This document shows, in pieces, positions 55,520 to 64,000 of a stretch of 64,000 bases of DNA. The position numbers and the translations under genes are program-made. Source of the DNA: Octopus vulgaris (taxonomy: Eukaryota). The stretch lies in the NCBI GenBank assembly GCA_951406725.2, contig OX597818.1, positions 99,200,001 to 99,264,000 on the forward strand, in the 5' to 3' direction. The notes beneath the pieces were generated by a model, which was not told where the DNA came from, made no database searches, and saw nothing but the letters and a program-made list of their open reading frames with translations. Positions within the stretch are counted from its first letter, which is position 1. Each line of letters opens with the position of its first letter.

Positions 55520-55670
55520 ATTTCACAACCATCGGTGCACGAGATGGTTGTGAACTGAGAGTAGGAATCGGAAAAGGAGAAATGTACACGTGATGCGCAT
55601 ATGCAAACTTAATTCGTAAAACGGAAGACAAGAATAAACAGGCAATGCGCATGTTAAAACAAAACGGAGA
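55520..55670. promoter_or_regulatory. Candidate promoter (E-box, NRF1-like and ETS-like motifs, 12-bp hairpin)
   Basis: CACGTG 55587, TGCGCATATGCA 55594, CGGAAG 55622 and TGCGCATG 55646 are clustered in CpG-retaining DNA; hairpin 55522-55554. Confidence 0.45.
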
Positions 55671-55759
55671 AAAAGAATAAAAAACACAATGTATGCCACG
55701 TCTGATGACACCATCATGCAGCTCTGCTGCAATTTTCTTGTTTTTGAGAAATTAATCAC

Positions 55760-55910
55760 AGCGTAAAGTGTTTAGCATTAAGAAGGGCATCCAGCTGTAA
55801 AAACCATGCCAAAACCGGCAGTAGAACCTGGCCCAGTGTCCAAACTTGCCAGCTCCTGTCAAACCGTGCAACAAATGCTAGAAGTGAAACCAGACGTTAA
55901 ATGATGATGT
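55760..55910 (+). mobile_element. SINE family C, 3' part
   Basis: gcattaagaagggcatccagctgtaaaacc...gacgttaaatgatgatg. Confidence 0.78.
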
Positions 55911-56493
55911 ACCCCTTAAGAATTCATTCTAAGGTAATTTCTTTTTCAAGTGACTATAACAGTAATAATGTAAAATGCATAATCAACTTTGAAAACCTCA
56001 CAGTTACTAGAATTGTTATTAAATAATAATACGTTGTGGATTTAGTTATCTCAATCAAGACATCCATATAGCTAGTCATATTTCTCATCTTTCAGGAGGC
56101 ATTTTGCTTAATAGGGTATCTAATTTCATAAATTTACCCGAAAGTTTCTTACGAAAACAACTTAATTCACCATTTAACATGTAAATCAGTGGCACTTAAA
56201 GCAAGTTGGAATTCTAAAAGCTAACAAACAGCTCGATTAAACAGAAAAAATATATCATTTGAAATAAGTGATTTCAAATATGAACCAGAGTATGAAGAAA
56301 TTCTGTAGTACAGCAAAACATTTTTTAAATCTTATGATTTTGTAATTTCTAGGTTTAATCATTTGTTGAGTCATTTCCCAAAATTTCTGTGAACTATGAC
56401 ATAAGTAACAAAACCATTTTAACTGGGGTTTTTTTAATAGTTATTCTTATAAAAAAAAAAAACTAAACTAAAATATATCAATGCGAAAGTATT

Positions 56494-56866
56494 TATTTCC
56501 TTATTGCACACAGGGGGCTAAGCAGAGGGGACAAACAGGGACAGGCAAAGGATTTCAGTCGATTATATCGAGTCTAGTGCGTAACTGGTACTTATTTAAT
56601 CGACCTCGAAAGGTTGAAAGGCAAAGTCGACCTCGGCGGAATTTGAACTCAGAACGTAGCGGCAGACGAAATACCTATTTCTTTATTACCCACAAGGAGC
56701 TAAGCATAGAGGGGACAAACAAGGACAAAGGTATTAAGTCGATTACATCGACCCCAGTGTGTAAACGGTACTTAATTTATCGAGGATGAAAGATAAAGTC
56801 GACCTCGGCGGAATTTGAACTCAGAACGTAGCGGACGAAATACCGCTAAGCATTTCGCCTGGCGTG
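56494..56866 (-). mobile_element. Head-to-tail SINE family D dimer within a single 16-bp TSD
   Basis: Two units of about 180 bp share aaagtcgacctcggcggaatttgaactcagaacgtagcgg; TSD tcaatgcgaaagtatt at 56478-56493 and 56867-56882. Confidence 0.88.
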
Positions 56867-57609
56867 TCAATGCGAAAGTATTGGAGGTCAAAACTGCATA
56901 CATCCATAAATTTAGATAAAGCAAAAAAGGAAATATTAGATAACAATACAATAGGATTAGAAATAGACTTTTTTCCATACTTTGGTGTGACCCCAAAACA
57001 GGGAACAGCGGATAATAAATGTCGTAAATTCAGCATTTTCTAAAATGCAAAAATTTTCTGCAAAATGCATGATAGTATGGTGAATGCTGAAAATTCTTGC
57101 ATAATACGAAATTGACAAGCCTGTTTATTCGCCAATTTTAATTTTTTTAACTGTAAAAATAGTGAAGTTACGTCAAAAAAGATTGAATGCAATAAATTTT
57201 ATTTAATATAAATAAAATATTAGAAAAACCATTCGTGCATTATTTTGGAAACGGAATATTTATTAAAAACAAATAATCTCTCCGCAAAATTATATTTTGA
57301 TGTATAATTGCCCTCGTTCAATTAAGTCGTGTGAATTACAATAATACATCCAGAGACTCACTCGAAAGCTCGACAACATTTCGAATTTCTCTATGAAAAT
57401 TTCATTGAAAAAGTATGCCCATTAAAGACGTTTTTTTTTTTTTGCCTTCATGGATTTATACAGAGAGAAATTAGTCAAACAATATTTCTAAAAGATGAGG
57501 CAAAATGGCGTTGGGCATCGAACAGCGTCTGTCTTTCCTTCTCTTCACAAATTATTTTACTTTCTCAATGCAATTAAATTCGAATAAATACATCATACAC
57601 ATATTATTA

Positions 57610-58024
57610 CTTTCTTTTATCTCTTTTACTTGTTTCAGTCATTTGACTGTGACCATGCTGGAGCACCGCCTTTAGTCGAGAGCAAATCGACCCCAGGACT
57701 TATTCTTTGTAAGCCTAGCACTTATTCTATTGGTCTCTTTTGCCGAACCGCTAAGTTACGGGGACGTAAACACACCAGCATCGGTTGTAAAGCGATGTTG
57801 GCGGGGACAAACACAGACACACAAACATATACACACACACACATACATATATATTATGCATATATACGACAGGCTTCTTTCGGTTTCCGTCTACTAAATC
57901 CACTCACAAGGCTTTGGTTGGCCCGAGGCTATAGTAGAAGGCACTTGCCCAAGGTGCCACGCAGTGGGACTGAACTCGGAACCATGTGGTTTGTAAGCAA
58001 GCTACTTACCACACAGCCACTCCT
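57610..58024 (-). mobile_element. SINE family A, full-length and CpG-intact
   Basis: Head taggagtggctgtgtggtaagtagcttgc..ggttccgagttcagtcccact, CA tract, purine-rich tail. Confidence 0.92.
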
Positions 58025-58249
58025 ATATTATCAGAACAAAAATTAAAATTGTCATATGTTAAATACAGTGTAACGAATGATTAAAAGGAGTTTATAAGGA
58101 TCTTTCACTACAAGCAACAACATATTTGCTTTAATATTAACATTGGTAATGCATAAGTATCGCTAAACTCGTTCCTTCGCATTTTTTTATAGTCTGAAAT
58201 CAATAAAACTCATTTACTATTGACGTTTACGAGAAATTCATCTACGAGG

Positions 58250-58432
58250 GCACTCGACCTGCTAGAAATAGCAATCAAATCATATCCACCGTCTTAAAAA
58301 GATGGCCACATTGGATAACGCACTCCGGAATATATTCTGAAGAGTAAAAAAAAAAGACGAGATGGTCATGAATGGGATGTCTTTGATCATATATCAGTTC
58401 AATCAGGTCCGAACTGTGACTAAACAACAACA
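58250..58432 (+). mobile_element. Interspersed repeat family E (SINE-like)
   Basis: cgacctgctagaaatagc...gatggtcatg...taaacaacaaca; related copies near 27430 (+), 6960 (-) and 60600 (-). Confidence 0.6.
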
Positions 58433-58978
58433 TGTTTACGAAAATGTCAAACAATCGACTATTAATTACATGACTACATGACAAAAAAAGATAAAGAGAG
58501 ACTGGAGGAACATTTTGTGAATATGAAATGAGAAAGAAGCAAGACTCAGTGAAATTGTTTTAAAAACGTAAATAGCATGTACGCTTTTGATATGAAATTG
58601 AACTCATTACTTTTTTTTGATCCGCTGAAGCTAGTTATAGAATATTCAGTCAAAGTTATTTTTTAATTTAAAAGACAATGTCAGTAAACTAGTAACATTC
58701 ATTAAGTTTGCTTTCTCCACACACCGTCCATTAGCTTCGTCTGCCTCAAATCGATCGTCTGCTAAATGGTTGAAGGTCGGGGTTAGAGAGTAAAAAACGA
58801 AGCTAAGACTAGTGAGAGAGGGGGAGGTATTATTCATTTATTTATTTATTTATTTATTTTAGCCCATGGCAGCTCTGATCCAACAGCAGATCAATGATTT
58901 AGGATAACAAATTTTATATTTCGTTTTTGGATTTGGTTTGCAAGATTCTTTATATGAGTCTGTGTTGAAGCATATTCT

Positions 58979-59160
58979 GTTGTGTCTGGGGGGGGGGGGA
59001 GTCATCTTCTTTTTGTGCCTTATAATATAACACACTCACCGGTAAAATTTCCACTTTTTTCTTATTTTTATAGGAAAATAAAAATAAGAAAAAAGTGGAA
59101 ATTTTACCGGTGTGTGTGTTTATAAGGCACAAAAAGAAAATGACTCTCCCCAGACACAAC
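58979..59160. repeat. Near-perfect fold-back (arms of about 85-90 bp, 8-nt loop)
   Basis: gttgtgtctgggg..gagtcat..ctttttgtgccttata..caccggtaaaatttccacttttttcttattttta, loop taggaaaa, then the reverse complement. Confidence 0.95.
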
Positions 59161-59710
59161 AAAATTTATATTTTTAATTCAAATATTATGTGTACTGCTA
59201 CACTGTATAATAAATTCTTGTCAGAGTTTTGGAATAGCTATCACTGCTATTTCACGAGGATGCAAAAGGGCGCAGAATTGGAAGGGGTAGGCGAAAATAT
59301 TTTTTTTTTTAAAGTTGAATAAAAAATTTTTCCAGAATCGAATTCCTGTTGTATGAAACAAAGGAATACATGAAAAACGAAGAAAAGCATCCAATTTCGT
59401 ACCCTTTTACTTCCTCTATAGGGTAGTGATATTCTTTCAAAAGCTCCACTATAAATCTTACTCTTTTCCATATTTAAGAGAGTATAAATACTGCCTGGGA
59501 TTTAAATGAAAGTTTTGAACAGGGATGCTTTTGAACGCTTTTTTTTTCCCCACTGAAACGATATAGTATAATTTTTCGAGTAAATAAAATAAAACACGAA
59601 ATAAAAAGCTATTTGCATTGATGCAAACGCGTATTTTGTAGCAAGATCGAATGGCCATTAAAGGTTGATTCCTAGGCTGAAGAGGAGAGAGAGAGTCGAA
59701 AGTGGAAATA

Positions 59711-60180
59711 CGTAATTCCTCGAGTATAATCCGCATTTTTTTCCCAAAAATTTAATGGTCAAAATCCCTAGTGCATACTATATACGAGGTTAAAAATGAA
59801 AATTATTTTTTAAGCAATGTACGAGTCTCTATTTGCTGTCCGGCAATGTTTATTCAGACGCATTTTGTGATGTCGAGCGCGAAAATACCTTAAATCATCC
59901 ATAACTTGCAGTTAGCAACATTTATTAAACGTTATTACTGTTATTTCTTATTTTCTGCAAACAAAAAAGCTACACGTTTGCATTATGTTATATATACAAT
60001 AACAATAAAGGACGTTACCGTATACATTTTTAAAAACCAAGGACGTTATATGGACTTCTTTGACTCAAGTTAGAGAGGGGGTGTGTATTATGCATAAGGT
60101 TTGGGTTTTTCAGAGGTACAGCCCCCTAAAAATCCCCTGCGTATTATACTCAAGGGCGGATTATACTCGAGGATTTACGG
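59711..60180. mobile_element. Tc1/mariner-pogo-type MITE (470 bp)
   Basis: TIRs cgtaattcctcgagtataatccgc / gcggattatactcgaggatttacgg with TA on both sides. Confidence 0.9.
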
Positions 60181-60970
60181 TAATAAAATCACGAGAGAAA
60201 TAAATAGAGATGCGATGAAGTGACAGAAGAAATATCAAATAGAAACAAAAGGAAACTAATTATATTTGAGTCATGATGGCGACAGGGAAATCCCCAACTA
60301 AATTAACCAACACCTTGAAAAAAAATTCTTTTGTTCCTAATTGAATCTTAGGGTCTTTATAATTTCATATAAGAATGTTTTCGTAGCGATCCTTCCATAT
60401 TAGTATAAAGAGCGTCGGTATGAGAAGACGGTGTTGTTCACCCTCTTTTTTTTAGTCTAGCCACTTTATCCATGACATGAAGGTTGATTATGTGGGTGAT
60501 GATGTCTACCAATATGGAAGGATTGCCGTTTTCGTTGATTTTTGTTAGCTTCATATCAGAACTTAAGAAGCATATTTTTAATCAAATTTATTCTTGCTAT
60601 GACCATCCCACCTTTTACTCAAGCATAGTGAATGTATCTAGGGCTACGCTATCAAATGTGTTCTTTCTTTTAACTTAAAATTTAAGCTTAAGCAATTTAA
60701 CTGTTTTTCCTAGCAGGTCGAGCAACAACTGTGGATGGAGCTCGCTCGTTGGCTCTGAGATGATCCCCTATTTGCTTACAATGATAAAATATAAGTTCAC
60801 ACCCCTTTAAGGTGTTGCTGAACCTATATAATAAACTATTAAACCAACACATAAACTATGAGAACTGTAGTGCATTCATGCGTTCTTATAGAACGATATT
60901 CATGAAATTGATTTAAATTCCATGCTTAAGATAAATACACACTTAAAACGTGAAGTGTGATTATCATAAA

Positions 60971-61365
60971 CTAGTAGTATAGCCCGGCGTTGCTCGGGTT
61001 TGTTTTGACCCTTTAGAATTGGAATTTTTGAAAAGTAAAAATTTTGCATTGTGTAGCTTGTTATTCTCTTTAAGTGAACATTTTTCTGGTTGAAATACAC
61101 CGAAAAATGGCGACACAGCAGTAAAAAAATCGTAAGAAATAGTGATTTTCACAGAAAAAAAAAAACACCTTTTTGATGTAAATAATTTTTGGTGTTAACA
61201 CAGTCCGACTTGATTTTTTTCTATTAAGGAAGAGCAAGCCCTCTTCTATCATACTGTCAATTTTGGTCAACTTTCGCCACAGGGTCTCGAAGGAGATAGT
61301 GTTAGTTGAGGGCTACCAAACCTGCCACACACACAGACAGCTTCAGCTTTATATATAGAGAGAGA
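60971..61365 (-). mobile_element. Complete non-autonomous Helitron (395 bp)
   Basis: Minus strand A|TCTCTCTCTATATATAAAG...acccgagcaacgccgggc(hairpin)tatactaCTAG|T: 5' TC, subterminal hairpin, 3' CTAG, inserted between A and T. Confidence 0.9.
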
Positions 61366-63349
61366 TTTTCAATTCCACTTCGTCTGATTTAAAGTTAAGA
61401 ATTTAACTTGACTGAGAAAAATCTTATAATTGAATTACACAATGACTAACCCTCTATTATTCAGCACATACACACACACACACACATGAAACAAGAAGGA
61501 GCAAAGGGACCAGTCAGTCTCAGGAGCAGGTGTGAGGGACGAAATTCCCACAAACTTATTTAACCTGGTAATCAAGAGGAGGGAACGCCCAAAGTAACAT
61601 TAGCCTTGGTGCTCAGACACATTGCTACTTCACTGATCCTGTGTATGTGTGAGTGTATTTTCACACATAAAAAGATGTATGTGTGTGTATACACACACCA
61701 GACCACATATATCAGCAAGGCAAACCAGCGTTTAACATTTTAATTGATGTATTATAGGTCACTACATGCACAAAATGCTGATGCTAGTATTTTTTTTAAC
61801 CCTGAATTAATAAAATTGGTATGCCTATCATCTCGTATAACTCTGATAATGTCGCATATTTCTGTTTTTCATTTACTACCTGGCCTGCTTTTTCTTTCTG
61901 TTGTCTTTTCTTTGCCATTACCTTGCCAAGTAAACATGATACATTACTATTGGTTTTGAACTAAAATCCCTGAATAGCTTTGGAGAGAAACAGACAAGAA
62001 AGAAAATTCTCGAGATGAAAGAGGATCCTTAAAAGAGAATGAAAAGGAAGATGGAAGAGAGCGTGTATGTGAATATATAAGAATACAGGTGGGTAACAGT
62101 TAGAAAATGGCGTGTGAGATTACCATATAAAAATGGCGATGGTTTCAAATGTCAAATTACTCTACTCTTATCAGACAATAAAAGAGAAGTTTCTGGTTAC
62201 AAAGTACCACTCTAAGATTGATTCACTCCGGGACATCAAAATGAAAAAAAAAAAAATGGAAAAAGAAAAAAATACATTTCAAGGCCGATTCATAACACTC
62301 TGAATTGCTTTCAGATACCTAAGCAGGATTTTGATAAGTAACCAACCTTCTCCCTCACATAAAGATGATGGAATTCCAATACATTATGATTTTTCTTACT
62401 TCCCATATAAACAGTGTCGTGTTATATTTGACAGTCCATAATATAAGGTCCAGATACTTAGATTGGTACCAAAATCAACAAAACCAGACAAACAATAAAC
62501 ATTAAAAAGAGAAAATTAGATTTTAGAAAGAGAAAACTACGTCGAGAAAATCAGTGAGGTCTACTAGATAAATCCTAAGTATTATTTATTGTCTGACAGT
62601 TAATATTGATTTATTTTTCTTACTATATAACAGTGAACGTTATATAACTGAGAAAAAGAAAAAAGGCAAGTAAATTTCCAGTTCACTTCAGCTAATACTC
62701 TTGGTACAGACATGAACATCACATAATCTCATGACAAAACATGTAAAATCATGGTTCTGTGACACAAAAAAATATGTTGACCTCTTTTGGCCAGTGTTCT
62801 CAAATTTATGGAGACTGAGTATTATTTTTGCCTTCTCTGGGACATTAAGTAGCAAGGAGTTGACACTAGGTCATGTTATTAGGTTCACAGAGAAATTACA
62901 ATTTCTTGCAAAATAACTATTGCACAAAAAGTATATTCTATTACAATGATACTCAAACTTCATTCCATTTAACAACAGAGCAAATGAGTTAACACTGAAC
63001 ATCGAAAGTGAGTGTTTCCTTCACAGAATGCAACAGAAAGCATTCATAGTCACTTGGGAAATAAAGCCAGAAAAAATTTTTAAAAACTTTACCAACGTGA
63101 ACAGTGTTGTTGTTAGCTGGTGGATTAACTTCTATTTCACAACTGAAAATCTATTCCAGACCATTAATTCACTGACCCCTTTCCTCAGCAATCTCTTCCC
63201 ACCATTATTAACCTTATCATTAACCCTAGTTGTTTCTCTACGACCTATTTTCATTCCAAACAACTGTCCTGGTCATAAGTTCCATGCACAATATATTAAT
63301 CTTATATTAATCTTTGTGTACACACACATACATATATATATATATATAA

Positions 63350-63703
63350 AAGACACCATCCGAGCGTGATCGTTGCCAGAGTAGCTAACTGGCTTCCGTG
63401 CTGGTGACATGTAAGAGGCACCATTCGAGCAGGATTGTTACCAGCATCGCCTTATTGGCACCTGTGCCGTTGACATGTGTAAAAAGATTTGAGCGAGGTC
63501 ATTGCCAGTAGTGCCTGATTGGCTCCTGTGCCAGTGGCACTTAAAAGCACCCATTACACTCTCGGAGTGGTTGGCGTTAGGAAGGGCATCCATCTCTAGA
63601 GACTCTGCAAGATCAAGACTGGAGCCTGGTGCAGCCATCTGGTTCGCCAGCCCTCAGTCAAACCGTCCAACTAGCATAGAAAACGGACGTTAAATGATGA
63701 TGA
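63350..63703 (+). mobile_element. SINE family C, long copy
   Basis: gagtggttggcgttaggaagggcatcc...aaaacggacgttaaatgatgatga. Confidence 0.85.
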
Positions 63704-64000
63704 TATACACTCTCACATCTGTATATATTTGTGATGTGTGTATATAAAAGTTACATTCACGCACATTTATCTGTATCTCTATAAATATACATGCATATGT
63801 ATGCATGCATGCACATAATTTGAGCAATGTGAGCTAGGAGTGAGAATAAGCGGAGGCAGTTAAAAAATAATCCAATTACAATTTATTTATTGTACAACTT
63901 AAGGTCAGTAGTTCAAATTATGAACAATGGGATGGTCAGTATTTGGAAAGTGAACATTTACAAACGCAGGCCAGTAAATTTGACGGAATCATTAATCTAT

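Noticed and set aside
59677-59705. CUGAAGA...GAAA motif
   Set aside because: The intervening sequence is a GA repeat that cannot form stem II.

Overview
AT-rich animal genomic DNA, most likely an octopus; this is inferred from the tRNA-derived SINE families and the dense (TA)n/(CA)n microsatellites, not proven. Only one clear host coding exon is present: a 270-nt phase 1-1 immunoglobulin I-set exon on the minus strand (3191-3460) that lacks the F-strand cysteine. Most of the window looks like one very large intron filled with transposon relics: mariner, Tigger, Chapaev3, Helitron, a TA-target MITE, RTE/R4/CR1-like/Penelope retroelements and several SINE families. The most unusual signal is a set of short microsatellite-flanked elements that carry minimal type I hammerhead ribozymes and/or long fold-back palindromes, probably Penelope pseudo-LTR or retrozyme-like relics. 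CpG retention also rises sharply at about 53 kb, next to a candidate NRF1/ETS/E-box promoter and a candidate phase-1 start exon. All of this was read by eye; no alignment or search was run.
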